From the NCBI RefSeq assembly GCF_001447785.1, contig NW_015164182.1:295525-359524 (forward strand): 64,000 nucleotides of DNA. The letters are read 5' to 3'. How positions within the stretch are numbered: the first letter of the stretch is position 1; every line of letters starts with the position of its first letter. Below the pieces are notes generated by a model. The model saw only the letters and a list, made by a program, of their open reading frames with translations, was not told the origin of the DNA and did no database searches. The position numbers were made by a program, and so were the translations under genes. Below, in pieces: positions 37,113 through 49,712 of this stretch. Source of the stretch: Gekko japonicus. Lineage: Eukaryota.

Positions 37113-37257
37113 CTTCTGGTCCTCCCACTTTGTCTATAATTTTCACGGCCACTTTTCGCTGGTGTTTCTTCGAAAAAGCTTCTTTGACCTTTGAATATGT
37201 CCCTTCTCCAATGGTTTTGCCCACTTGGTAACCATGGGAGAGAAGGAACTCCTCCAT
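37113..37257 (-). CDS. TSSK3: TSSK3 exon 1 (MEEFLLSHGYQVGKTIGEGTYSKVKEAFSKKHQRKVAVKIIDKVGGPE)
   Basis: Gly loop GEGTYSKV and VAVK lysine. GAAG|gtaag donor, phase 1 fits exon 2. Alternative in-frame ATG at 37284. Confidence 0.95.
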
Positions 37258-39152
37258 CGTGCCTTTAACGTGCTCATCGGTCATCCTCTCAGGGCATCAT
37301 GTCATCACAAAGTATACACATTGCTGTCCTTCTCCTTCCAGACCAGGGTCTGCATGGATAGCAGCCCGGGATGCTAGATCATTTTTCCTGCCTAGACAAG
37401 GTCCTTTGATGAGGGGTGAAACTCAGGTTGGACATCTTAAAACTTTGAGCTTTCATTGTGATGCAACCTTGTGTTACCCGAAGGCCACGGGGTAGAGGTA
37501 GTGGGGTTGCACCAATGGGAAGAGGCCATTCATATTACTCCAAAGGACAAAAATCTGGCCCTGTGTTTGCCTCTCAACAGTGCCCTCCAGGGGGGTGATG
37601 GGTTAACCTGCCAAGAGGCCTACAGCTGTGTGGCCTTGGGGTAAGAGATCATTGTAGTGTGTAGTATAGTGTAGGTAGACCAGCTAGTTAGTAGCACTGA
37701 ACATGGACGGTTAAATTTCTGTTTTTTTCCTCCACCATGGAAGTTTGCTGGCTTGAGAGTGTGTGGCAGGGTTTGGGTCTAGTTACATCGGGCGAGACTT
37801 AAGAGTAAGTATTCTGATTTCCTCAACCCCCTTCCTTATCAAGTGAGGTGATTCCCATGGAATTTGTGACTGTGGGATAAACTGGGGAACCAGGCTGTGG
37901 TACATTGGGTGGGAAACCAAGGTTGGAACGGTTAGTCCAGAGAGGGCTAGCAAGGACAGTATGACCAGAGTAAGACATGGGGGAAACATGGGTTCATATC
38001 CCAACTTAGCGATGAAGCTTGCAAGTTGCCATCTTTCAAGCTTAACCTACCTCTGATGCTAAAATGCTTTGAACTCTTTGGAGGAAAAGTAGGATATATA
38101 AAGCTGGGGTGCTGGTTGGAAGAACAGCTGGTCTGTTGATCTGATTTATGTGGGACCAGACAAAAGGTATCAGAGCTAAGAGGTCTTGCTTTGCCAAGAA
38201 AAGCACAAGAACTACTGGGGGGGGGGTTGAGTCTGCTAGGCCCCTTCCTCAGCAGGCTGATGCTCTAGACGGATGCCTCGAGTAAAAATCAGCAATCTCT
38301 TATAAAAGTTGACTTCTGGGTACTAGTAGACAGAAGATGTGCTTTTAATACCACAGCTAGTCTAAGGCTTGCTTCTATATATTTAGCATCCAGTTCCTTT
38401 AGAAAACTGTTTGTTACATGGTGTCTTATGGCTGTTAATTCTACAGTGAACACTGGGCTGCTATTGATGCTTGGTAAATCTGAAGTAGCTGTCTTGGACA
38501 CTGGCCACGCAGCCATGATATCTTAAAGTGAGAAAGAAAACAAACATTTTAAAGTTATTTTTGCCAGACGTCTCCATGTCTGGCCTCTAAATTTCCAGTC
38601 TAGAAGACCAGTTCTCCCTTAATTTTCATCAGTAGCCATTCTGATAAATAGTTTTTGTCATGTTCATCACCCATGATTTACAGCACATTATATCTCTTTC
38701 TAAGCACTCCTATACTGTTTGCATCTGTAATATCTGCCTGGCATTCTTGGAGGCACTGAGATGAATTCCATGGATCCATTCTGCTAACAATGGTGCTTTC
38801 CTCTGGTCCAAGCAGCCTTCTGTTCCTACAAGAGGACTTCTTTGGGCTTGTGGAAAGTAGAACTGTCAGAAGAACAGATCCCTGGAATTCAGTCTCTTGG
38901 TCTTCTTCATAAGAACATATGTACACAAACTTCAACAAAAGCAAAAACAAGACCAGACTTTCTCATCTCACTTCTGTGATTGAGGAAGAGCAGTTACTTA
39001 AGAGAAAGTGGTTGAGGAGGAGGAGGCTACTTGAGGGGCCATATAGCTAGAAATTCAGTATCTGTTACCGCCAGAGATTCCTTGTTAATATTTCAGCTGA
39101 TGTCTGCCCACTCCTTAGGAGGAAGCAAGCTCTTACCTGAAGGTGATAAAAG

Positions 39153-39451
39153 CAGAGGTCATTTCGGGGGGGGGGGATCGGGGGGGATCACAGTTCCCCC
39201 GGGTGAGGTACGGGGGGCAGGGCACATGACGAAGCCCCGCCCCCTGCTTCCGGCCCTCATTCAGCCAGGACTGCAAGGCCGGCGGCGGCCGGGACCGTTG
39301 GGGGCGGGGTGTGTGGCCTTATGACACACTTCCGCTGATGTCAGGGGGTGTGGCCTTATGACACACTTCCGGTGATGTCAGGGGATGTGGCATATGCTAA
39401 TGAGTTATGCTAATGAGTTTCCCTAGCTCTTTTTCTACGAAACGACCCCTG
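39153..39451. mobile_element. hAT-type MITE (299 bp)
   Basis: Imperfect TIRs cagaggtcatttcg and cgaaacgacccctg. Perfect 8-bp TSD gataaaag at 39145-39152 and 39452-39459. Confidence 0.85.
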
Positions 39452-40745
39452 GATAAAAGATACCGGTGGTGGTATAGGGAAAGGAGTTCTTTCCATGGCT
39501 GAAGACAGAGGAGACCAAACAAAGCAGGGCTTGTTGGTTCATAAACTTGGACCTGAATTCCCTTCTGTTTGCTCCCCACCCCATTTGAATGCCTTTCTGG
39601 GGTCTCTGGAACACATATGAGGTCTCTTCATCTAATACAGGAGCGTATAAGAGACAGGGAGGCAGCTTGGGAAGAGGGAGAATCACTCCCAAGTTGGTTT
39701 TCACAGGGCCAACAAAGGTCTCCAGTGGGGGCTCCCTAGTGTTAGAGGCCAGGAGTTCAGAGAAGTGATGGCCCATATGCATTGTGATGCAAGCACTGCT
39801 ATCTGGGTCACAATGCAGCAGTGTCGCTGCCTCTCTCTGGGCTCCGTCGGAGCCTGTCCTTTGCAATAGGCTCTTTCAAGCTGCCCAGTGGACTCTAGGG
39901 AGCACTCCACCGCCTTTGATAGGTACGGCAAAGGACAGCAAGCGTCTGGAGGCTAAGTTGTGCCCACTGCATCTCACAGGGGGGTTTGGCTTGAATCAGG
40001 CCTGCCCCATGCCTTGAACCTCTTTGGAATGCCTGGCCCTTGTTCTCAAATAAGCATGTGCCTCTGAGAACATTTTTCAGCTCTGAGGAGGGCACCCCAC
40101 ATATCTGTGGGGCGGGTTTTTTTGCTGGCTTTGTGTCTCCTTCTGGTTCTCTGAGAATCTAGGTGCTGAAGCTTTTCCTAGTACCAGGAAAATTCTCCTG
40201 CCTTGGTTCTGCTTGTAAAGTTGCTGTTCAAAGACACACATCCTGGTTTTTTAAAACAGGAAAGAAGGGGGCAGCCTTACTGAGATGAGAAAGGAAAGCT
40301 TCCGGACCCAGAGCAGAAGGGCTCTTTCTTTGTTAACATGAGCCTCTGCTATTCCAATAGAGATTGGGGTGGGTGGGGGGGGGAGGCTGGATTGGGTGTC
40401 CACTGACTTCTGGCGGTGGTAGAAATTGCTGTTAAGTTGCAGCTGACTTATGGCGACCCTGTAGGGTTGTTGAGAGATGTTCAGAGGTGGTTTTGCCATT
40501 GCCTGCCTCTGTGTGACCCTGAACTTCCTTGGTGCCCTATCTGCCCCCTGGGAGAATTTCTGCATTTCCTACCCTGCAGACCTTATTGCATGGTTGCCCA
40601 TCCCTGCCAGCAGTGTGCACTCCACTAGAAGGTCTTTTATTAGGGCAGGTACCTGAGTCTGATGTGGAACTTGACAGTGGACTGGGGGGGGGGGCTTATT
40701 CCACTCATCCTTCTTCTCTTAATCAGACAGGTCTGGGGCTTGGAC

Positions 40746-40864
40746 ATGAGCTCCCAAGAGACCCCACAAGCTCGGAGATTTCCCATAGAGGCAGGAGATT
40801 CTCCCAGCCTGGCGACTGCCCCTGATACCCAGGAGCCGGTTGCCCCTGAGCGCACTGCAACGAG
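40746..40864 (+). CDS. FAM229A: FAM229A first coding exon (MSSQETPQARRFPIEAGDSPSLATAPDTQEPVAPERTAT)
   Basis: FAM229 motif RRFPIEAGD. Acceptor cag| at 40730, donor AG|gtaag. Synteny with TSSK3 and BSDC1. Confidence 0.85.
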
Positions 40865-43298
40865 GTAAGGACCGGGTAGAGGTGGAATAATAATGCCAGG
40901 GTCAGTCTAAACACTTGCCATTCCATTCTGTGCACAGAATGGTGGTTCTCATGGGAGGTTAACAACCTTTTACCATTAGAGAGCCAAACAATGTCAATGT
41001 TCAGAGGCAGAGATCAACGAAGAGCCAGTATAGGAATGTCTATGTGCATAACTGAAAATTAGGAAGTGGCACACACATAGTCTCACTATAAATAATAAAT
41101 ATACAGGCACACCCTGCATGATTGTTCTAGTGCACTGGCATAAATCTATGCATGGCTCACACTTGAATTCCTGGCAGCTACTCACTTCTATCATGTCCCT
41201 TTCTGTTAAGCATCTCTAAGAAGCCCTTTAGTTCCACCCCCCAAAAAAACCCTTGCCTGCCATTCCCTTCACGCATCCCACTCACTGAATCCTCCCATAG
41301 ACCTTAACATACAGATGACATGTTACCTCTGGTCAATCACCAAGCCCTGCAGTCTTGGAACAAATTCGGCAGTAAATCAGCAAAGGAAGGCTTAGCCTGA
41401 ATGAAGCTGGAACTTGGGGCATGGAGGAATGAATGGTCCAATGTTAGAATAAGATAATTTTCAAGGTGCAGAGACAGTTAAGGAAATGACTGTGGGGAAG
41501 GACACTTTTGTTTTACATATTTTACCAAAATGGTGCTTGTAATACACACCGAAAGCAAATGTGGTGGTGGAGGAAGAACAAATTTAGAGTCCAGTGGCAC
41601 CTTTAAGACCAACAAAGGTTTATTCAAGGTGGTGGAGGTGAGTGCCATCAAGTTGCAGCTGACTTGTGATGACCCCAGTGAGGTTTTCAAGGCAAGAGAT
41701 GTTCAGAAGTGGTTTGTCATTGCCTTCCTCTGCATAGCAACCCTGGACTTCGATGATGGTCCCTGCTTAGCTTCTGAGTTCTAACAAGATCAGGCTAGCC
41801 TGGGTCATCCAGGTTAGGGCAAAAGCAAGTATACCTATAATAAATACTTCAACTTTTAAATTTACATTTCTAGAATCTGCATATCTTTTTAAAAAACATT
41901 TTTGGGCATTGTCCATTGAAGGTTTAGTGCAGGGGCTCCATCACATGAGCTTTTTTTCTGCTGTCAAGTCACAGCTAATTTATGGTGACCCTGTAGGATT
42001 TTCAAGGCAAGAGAAGGTCAGAAGTGGTTTGCCATTGCTTCCTCTGCATAGCAACCCTGGAATTCCTTGGTGGTTTCCCATGATCCAAGTAATAACCAGG
42101 GCTGACCTTGCTTAGCATGACAAGACTGGGTTAGCCAGTGATAAGTCCTTTGGGCAGCCCTTAGGGTGCTGTGTGTGAAAGTCCTGCTAGGTATATCATT
42201 TTTAAAGCAGATCTATGTGGAGACCTTTTTGACCTTTTGAGTGGAACATCCAGAAGCTCCCGGATATCTGCTGGATCAGACAAGTGGTCCATGTAGTCCA
42301 GCAACCCGTTTCACACAGTGGCCAATCAGTTGCCTTGGTGGTTCATGAACAGGACACAGAGGCCAAGGCCATTCCCCTGATATTGCCTCCTGGTGTTCCA
42401 CTGGGATTTAGAGGACTACTGCCTCTGACTATGGAGTGACCAAGGCTAGTAAGCTATTGATAGACCTCTTCTTCTCCAGGACTAAGTCCCTTCTAAAGCC
42501 ATCTGTCCTTGTGGCCCTCACTGCTTCCCTTTATAGCGAATCCCACATTTTAGTTTCTCGGTTGAATAAATAAACTGATTTATTTTGGGCACAACCCACT
42601 GTGTAACCAAATCCCTTTTGAAAGAATGTGAATTGCATAACACTTTACCTAGCGGATTTTATGGACTAGTGGTCTTTGTATTTTATTTTATTGCATTTGT
42701 GTGTGTGTCTGTGTGCCTGGAAGTCATGGCGACCCCTACTGGGGCACAGAGGACATTCAGAGAAGTGGCTTGATAGCCTGCTTCTGGCTTCCTGGCCCTG
42801 GTATTCTCTGGAGGTCTCCCATCCAAACACTTGTCAAGGGTCGGCCCTGCTTAGCTTCCGAGATCTGACAGGATTGGGCTTGCCTGGGCTATCCAGGTCA
42901 GGGTGCAGCCTTTGTATGTTGAACTCGTGGTCTGTAATGATAAAACTCAGAAACTCAAATGTACAAGAACAACAACGTCATTGTGTCATAATAACTGCAA
43001 CTCATGGGGCATTCCAGGCAAGAGACAAACAGAGGTGGTTTGCCATTGCCTTTCTCCATGTAGCAGCCCCCGTCTTCCTTGGCGGTTGTTCCATTCAAGT
43101 ACTAACTGTGGCCTACCCCACAACTTCCAAGTTCTTAGAAGCTTGGGTTATTTGGGCTACTTCTCTGTGAGGAAGAGAACATGAATTCCTTAAGATCTCC
43201 TGTTCTGGGTCATGCTCATAATTCCTCCTGTCATATGTGTATATTGGGCCAGCCAAGTGGATAATCTCTTTCTCTGTCCCCTTTCTCTTTTTGGGCAG

Positions 43299-43401
43299 GC
43301 AGCTGCGAAGATGTCCAGGGTGCCACTGCCTGACCCTGCCCAACGTTCCCATTGACGTCTACATTGCCATGGGTGGGAGCCAAAGGCCACGAACAACCTG
43401 A
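43299..43401 (+). CDS. FAM229A: FAM229A last exon (RQLRRCPGCHCLTLPNVPIDVYIAMGGSQRPRTT*)
   Basis: Polypyrimidine tract then cag|G. FAM229 motif RRCPGxHCLT..VPIDVY. AATAAA at 43513-43518. Confidence 0.9.
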
Positions 43402-44156
43402 AGTCTTCCCCAGGTCAGGCTCAAGTGCTGAAGCCACGGCAGCTGTCCCAGGAAACACGCTGACAGCCAGACAACAGCAAAGCAAGCCACACAGAACAGT
43501 GACGCACATTTTAATAAAAGGACACCTTAAAATGTTTCTGTGGGGGGGTTTTCCTTCCTGCAGTTCCATTTCATTTCTGTCCGCTGTGGGTCCCTCCTTG
43601 CTCACCAGGCAGTAAACAGGAGGCCAGAGCATGTGAAGGGGAGGGGAGCCTCAGAATCTGAACCCAGGACTCAGCCCTGGGACACGTAAGTTACAGGAGA
43701 GTAATGGCTGTTCACCTGCAGATTACCTTTCACTTTAGAGGGAGTGCCCGGTCTCCATGTAAGCAACTTTCTTGTGAGAAGTTAACACAGCCCAAGCCTT
43801 CTGAGGCATGTTTATTGTGGCTTTGTACAATGGGACACACTTTCACGTGAGTAGAAAGAACAATCTGAATAAGCCCCAAGGCAAAACGCAAGAGATCATC
43901 TTTAAGGGAGTGCAGGACTCTCTTTGGTGGTCCAGCGCCCACTTGTGGTCGCCTGGGTGTTCCAGAAGATGCAGCTCTCTTTATGTTCTAGAACGCAGAA
44001 GGTCTGTGTGCTCTTTTGTTTACAAGATGTATACATTACTTTTCCGCTTTCATTAGGGCCACCAAGGTGGCTATCCTTTAAAATCCAGCAAAGGCCATGC
44101 TGTTCTGGGAGGAGGAAGAGGCACTTTTAAAGAGGAGAATTATACTTATTTTTTGA

Positions 44157-44650
44157 CTAGAAATAATACCCGTTGCGGAAATAAATACAACGGGATCTAG
44201 AAAGAGGCTCTGGGAGAGTGTTCTGGCTTTGGGCAAACAGTGTCAGTTTCCTGTGGCGACCTCAGCAGGGTTTAATGACAGAGTCCACTGTTTTCTCCAG
44301 AGGGACTGATCTCTGCTACCTGAAGAGCATTTGTATGTTTGAGTTATCTGTAGCCCTCACCTGGAGAGTGGTAACCATTGTTACCCTATGAGGTATGTTA
44401 TGCTACTGAAAATTCCAACTGCCTTGCGGGGGGGGGGGAGTTTGAGGTGTGGAATGGACTGAAGTCCAATCAGTTTCCATATGCAAAAGACCAGGTTGTC
44501 GCAGCAGTTGTGGTGTGGGCGGGACCCGGGCTTTGCCTTCTGATTGGTGGCGATATATGCTGAGGAGCAGTGCCATCAGCCACACACTAAGGGAGTGCAT
44601 TTTAGAATTAGAACATTGGCACCCACTATTCAATTATATATAAGGAGAGA
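44157..44650 (-). mobile_element. Non-autonomous Helitron (494 bp)
   Basis: Minus strand: A|TCTCTCCTTATATATAAT at the 5' end; CCCGTTG-loop-CAACGGG hairpin, 8 nt, then CTAG|T at the 3' end. No TSD. Confidence 0.8.
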
Positions 44651-46451
44651 TGTCAAGTCACAGCTGACTTCTGGTGACCCATCCCCCTGACCCTGTAGGG
44701 TTTTCAAGGCAAGAGACATTCAGAGGGGCTTCCCATTCCCTGTCCTCCTTGATTATCTTCCTCATCCTTTCTAATGATGCTACTTACCATTTGGGACAAA
44801 AAACTGACCCTGATGTATCAAGGGTCTGATTCAGGATAAGGCAGGTTCATGTTTCGTTTCAGCTCTTTAAATTTTTCTCTGTTGTGTTAATGAGCCTATA
44901 ACAGAGTCAGTGGCCAATACCTAGGAACCTAGAGTCAATGAATACATGACTGAGGTGAGATTTAATTTATTTATTTATTATTTCTCATTTTTTTACCCTG
45001 TTGTCCCAGCCAAGGCCGGCTCAGCATATATTTGCAATAAAACAATAAAAACATTTAAAACAATGCTAAAATTAGTTAACAATAACATAGTAGGTGCTAG
45101 TATTGTTGTTGCTGGATCAACGATGGCTACCATATTAGCTCTTTCTTCCCATAACCGGCTCCTAGATCTACTTCAGGTGTCTTCCAGGCGGTTGGCACAG
45201 GCTGATGTTATAAAGTCCAGAGACAGCAGGGCTTCCTATCCCTCAACAACTAGTTGTTAATGAAGTTGAGTGGTGGTGGTGTAAAATATTACTGTAGCAC
45301 AACAACAACACAGTCCGCAATGATATGCCTCAGTCGAGTTATTAGACAGTAATAAAGCTGGTCAGTGTTAAAGGGCAAGTAGATTTAATGGACGAACCTA
45401 GTCCTTCTGATTGAAGAGAGCAGGGGTGGGAGCGCGGAATCTCCCCCCCACACACACACACACTGTGCTTTTCCAACTGAAACTATTTCTTTAGGGTGCT
45501 GTTCTCCCACTGGATTTACTTTTTATAGAAAGCTCCGATGAGAGGACACAAATTCAGGGAGGAAAGCCACCTAAATAGCCACCTAATGCAGAGTTACACC
45601 TTTCTGAATCCACTGATTGCCAGCATGGTGTAAAGTATAGATTAGGATCTGGGACAGCCAGACTCCAGTTCCCATGCTGCCACAGAAGCTCTCTGGACCA
45701 CTTTGGGCCAGACACACACCTTCGGCCAAAGTAACCTCACAGTGTTGGTGTTATGAGAACCAAATGCAAGAGGGACAGACAGTGTTGTATGTTGCTTTGG
45801 ATCCTTGGGGGGGGGGAGAAAAAGCAGGGTATAAATATTTAAATAAATAATCTGACTTCAGTGGATTTAGGAGGGTATAATCTTGTTTCAAATAGTACTG
45901 TTAGAGGCTCCTTGACTCCAGTGCAAAGGCTGTGTACACTGGCATGCTAATTGAGCCTCAATTGTGTGCTGTTGGATTTAATTTTTTTTAATTCACCTTG
46001 AGTCTCAGTGCCAAAGGCAGGCTGTAAATGAAGTAAATAAAATAAACAGATAAAAATAAGTGGCTGGATGCGCCTGCTGCCATCTATGGACTTAATGACC
46101 TCTTGGGATTGATTCATTATCTCATCTCTCTAATCCCAGCATGTGTGAGAGCTCCTTAATCTCATTTTGATGCCTGTTCTTGTCATAACAGGCATAGATC
46201 TAAAAAATTCAGGAAGAATGTCTTGTCCTGAATGAATCAAAGAGCTAAAGGGCGTGGCATTAAACTGGGCCCTGTATCCTTGGAATAAAGGATTAATTTG
46301 TTAGTTTTGCCAGGGGAAAAATAGTTAAAAATGTTTTCTTTGATAAGAAAAGTTTTATCTTAATCTCTGTTTTTTGTCAGTCATTTATTTACATATAACA
46401 AAAAAGGAGGCTTGGGGTACTTTTAAAGCATTAAGTCTCCTGTGTATATAC

Positions 46452-46670
46452 CTAGCAGTTCGAAAGCAAGAAACTGCCAGTAGATAAATAGGCACTGCTT
46501 TGGTGGGAAGGAGTGTTCCCGGCACCTCGGCATTTAGTCATGCCGGCTATGAGACCACGGAGAAGTCTTTGGACAGTGCTGGCTCTTCGGCTTGGAGACG
46601 GAGATGAGCACTGCCCCCTAGAGTCAGATTCGACTAGCTTTCAAGCAAGGGAAACCTTTACCCTTACCTT
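46452..46670 (+). mobile_element. Sauria SINE 3' fragment
   Basis: cctagcagttcgaaagc...agataaatagg...(acctttaccc) tail. Matches 62555-62885. Confidence 0.75.
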
Positions 46671-46681
46671 TATATATCTTA

Positions 46682-49247
46682 CTAGCAGTAAAGCCCGTTG
46701 TGAAAGCAATACAACGGGATCTAGAAAGAGGCTCTGGGGCAGTGCTCTGGCTTTGGGCAAACAGTGTCAATTTTGCTGTGGTGACCTCAGCAGGGTATAA
46801 TGACAGAGTCCACTGTTTTCTCCAGAGGAACTGATCTCTGCTACCTGAAGAGCAGTTGTAATTGTGAGTAATCTGTAGCCCTCACCTGGAGATTGGCAAC
46901 AATTGTTACCCAGGACAAAATGGCTGGTTTGGAGGGTGGAGTCTATGGCATTCTACTTGTCTGAGGTCCCACCCCTCTGCAAACCCCACCCTCTCCAGGC
47001 TCCACCCCTTCAAATCCCTAAGAATTTGTCAGCATGTAGTTGGCAACCCCATCTCCTTCCCAGCTAGCCACCAACCTACCATTATCTGCCCCTTTGACTT
47101 CAGCTGACTTCTGCCCTCCCTTCTGCAGAACAGTTGTAATACTGAGTGCTCTCCAGCCCTCACCTGGAGATTGGCAACAATGGTTCCCTATGTGGGACTG
47201 ACTGGTTTGGAGGGTGGAGTCTATGGCAGTGTACCTGTCTGAGGTCCCACCCCTCCTCAAACCTCACCCTCTTCAGGCTCCATCCCTCAAACCTCCAGGA
47301 ATTTCCCATCTGGAGTTGGCAACCCTATCAGGACTGGCCCCAATGTGTTTTCTCCCAAAGGCCAAAGTAGGTGACAGGACCAAGCTTAGTTGCCTACCAA
47401 CAGGCACTGAGGGGAATGTAGGGTTGCCAGCTCTAAGGAGGGAAATACCTGGAGGTTTGGGGGGTGGATTCTGTAGAGGGCCGGGCGACGGAGGCATCGG
47501 CCTTCTGTCGCCCGCCTTGCCCCCCCAATCTCGGCCCGGGCGACCGCGGCTCCNNNNNNNNNNNNNNNNNNNNNNNNNNNNNNNNNNNNNNNNNNNNNNN
47601 NNNNNNNNNNNNNNNNNNNNNNNNNNNNNNNNNNNNNNNNNNNNNNNNNNNNNNNNNNNNNNNNNNNNNNNNNNNNNNNNNNNNNNNNNNNNNNNNNNNN
47701 NNNNNNNNNNNNNNNNNNNNNNNNNNNNNNNNNNNNNNNNNNNNNNNNNNNNNNNNNNNNNNNNNNNNNNNNNNNNNNNNNNNNNNNNNNNNNNNNNNNN
47801 NNNNNNNNNNNNNNNNNNNNNNNNNNNNNNNNNNNNNNNNNNNNNNNNNNNNNNNNNNNNNNNNNNNNNNNNNNNNNNNNNNNNNNNNNNNNNNNNNNNN
47901 NNNNNNNNNNNNNNNNNNNNNNNNNNNNNNNNNNNNNNNNNNNNNNNNNNNNNNNNNNNNNNNNNNNNNNNNNNNNNNNNNNNNNNNNNNNNNNNNNNNN
48001 NNNNNNNNNNNNNNNNNNNNNNNNNNNNNNNNNNNNNNNNNNNNNNNNNNNNNNNNNNNNNNNNNNNNNNNNNNNNNNNNNNNNNNNNNNNNNNNNNNNN
48101 NNNNNNNNNNNNNNNNNNNNNNNNNNNNNNNNNNNNNCTCCAGGGCCGACATCCGGCCGCCGGGTCCGTTTCCCCGCCCCCAACCCCACTCACTCCAGGG
48201 CCGGCGACTGGAGGTGCAAGCCTCCGGCTGCCGGGTCCGTTTCCACCCTCCCCCACTCCAGGACCGGAGACAGGAGGCAGAAGCCTCCGGTTGCCCACTC
48301 CCTTCCCCTCCCCCACCACCCACTCCCAACAGGCACTGAGGGGAATGTAGGGTTGCCAGCTCTAAGGAGGGAAATACCTGGAGGTTTGGGGGGTGGATTC
48401 TGTAGAGGGCAGCATTGGGCGGGGGGGGGGCGGAAGGACTCAGCAGGTATAATGTCATAGGGTCTACCCTCCAAAGCATCCATTTTCTCCAGGGGAACTG
48501 ATCTCTGTCATCTGGAGATCAATTGTAGCAGTGGGAGATCTCCAGGTCCCACCTGGAGATTGGCAACCCTAGGGGGAAGTCAGCTGCACAGCAGGGGGTT
48601 GAAGAGAATGGTTTGATGGCTGCTGGGCCAAGATTGGCAACAATAGTTCCCCAGGAGCCCCATCGTAAATGCACCAAACAATTCCTCAAGATTTTCCAAA
48701 ACACTACTCTGTTTTGGGCTCCTGGGGAACTTTGAAGTAGCACCAAAGCTTTAAGATCTCTCCAGCTGTCACCTGGAGACTGGCAACAGCTTGTCTGGAG
48801 TGTGGGCAGCATGGCATTGTATCTGTCTGAGGTTCCCCTCTTCCTCCTCCTCCTCAAATCCCACCCTCAGCAGGCTTCATCCCTAAAATATCCTGGAAGT
48901 TTCCAACCTGGAGTTGGCAACCCTATCTGCCTGTCTGTCTTAAGTTTTACAAACCCCCCCCCCACACACACACACAGCCTCTGCCTAGGGAGCAGCTGAC
49001 ATCATTCTCCTCTCCCAACTGAAAATTCCAACTGCCTTGCGGGGGGGAGGGGTGAGTATGAGGTGTGGAATGGAGTGTAGTCCAATCAGCTTCCATATGT
49101 AAATGACCTTGGAACGCTGGCCGGGACTGCACAAAGCAGCCAATGAACCCAGCCAGTGTCTTCCGAGTGGCAGTTTTTTCGGCCTAACACTAAAGGAGTG
49201 CATTTTAGAACTTTGGCACCCAAAACTCTTTTATTATAAGGGAGAGA
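46682..49247 (-). mobile_element. Non-autonomous Helitron (about 2.6 kb including gap) with internal repeat cargo
   Basis: Same termini as 44157-44650: A|TCTCTCCCTTATAAT 5' end, CCCGTTGT/ACAACGGG hairpin at 46694-46718, CTAG|T 3' end. Confidence 0.78.
47554..48137. other. Assembly gap
   Basis: N run. Confidence 1.
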
Positions 49248-49425
49248 TTAGTGTTATACATGCTGTGGCATTATCCATCAACCAAAAAGGCATATGACTA
49301 CTGTAGGTCTTGTGTGCACCCCACCAAATGCACATACAATAATGTATAACTAAATATATAAAGCTAACTATTTTCAGAGGACCTCTGAGCATGCAAGGTT
49401 GTCTCGTTTTTTCACTGGTGAATCT

Positions 49426-49712
49426 TAGAAGAAGAAGAGAAGAGATTGGATTTATACCCTGCCCTTCACTCCCCAAGGGAGTCTCAGAGCGGCTTACAAA
49501 CTCCTTTCCCTTCCCCTCCCCACAACAGACACCTTGTGAGGTAGGTGGGGCTAAGAGAGCTCTTGACAGAAACTGCTCTTTTTCAAGAACAGCTCTTATC
49601 AGAACTACGGCTTGCCCAAGGTCATCCAGCCAGGTGCAAGTGGAGGAGTGGGGAATCAAACCCGGTTCTCCCAGATTAGAGTCTGCGCACTTAACCACTA
49701 CACCAAAATGGC
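49426..49712 (-). mobile_element. tRNA-derived SINE
   Basis: Near-identical to 31979-32255. Confidence 0.8.

Noticed and set aside
39200-39420. GC-rich patch as the native FAM229A promoter
   Set aside because: It lies wholly within a TSD-flanked MITE.
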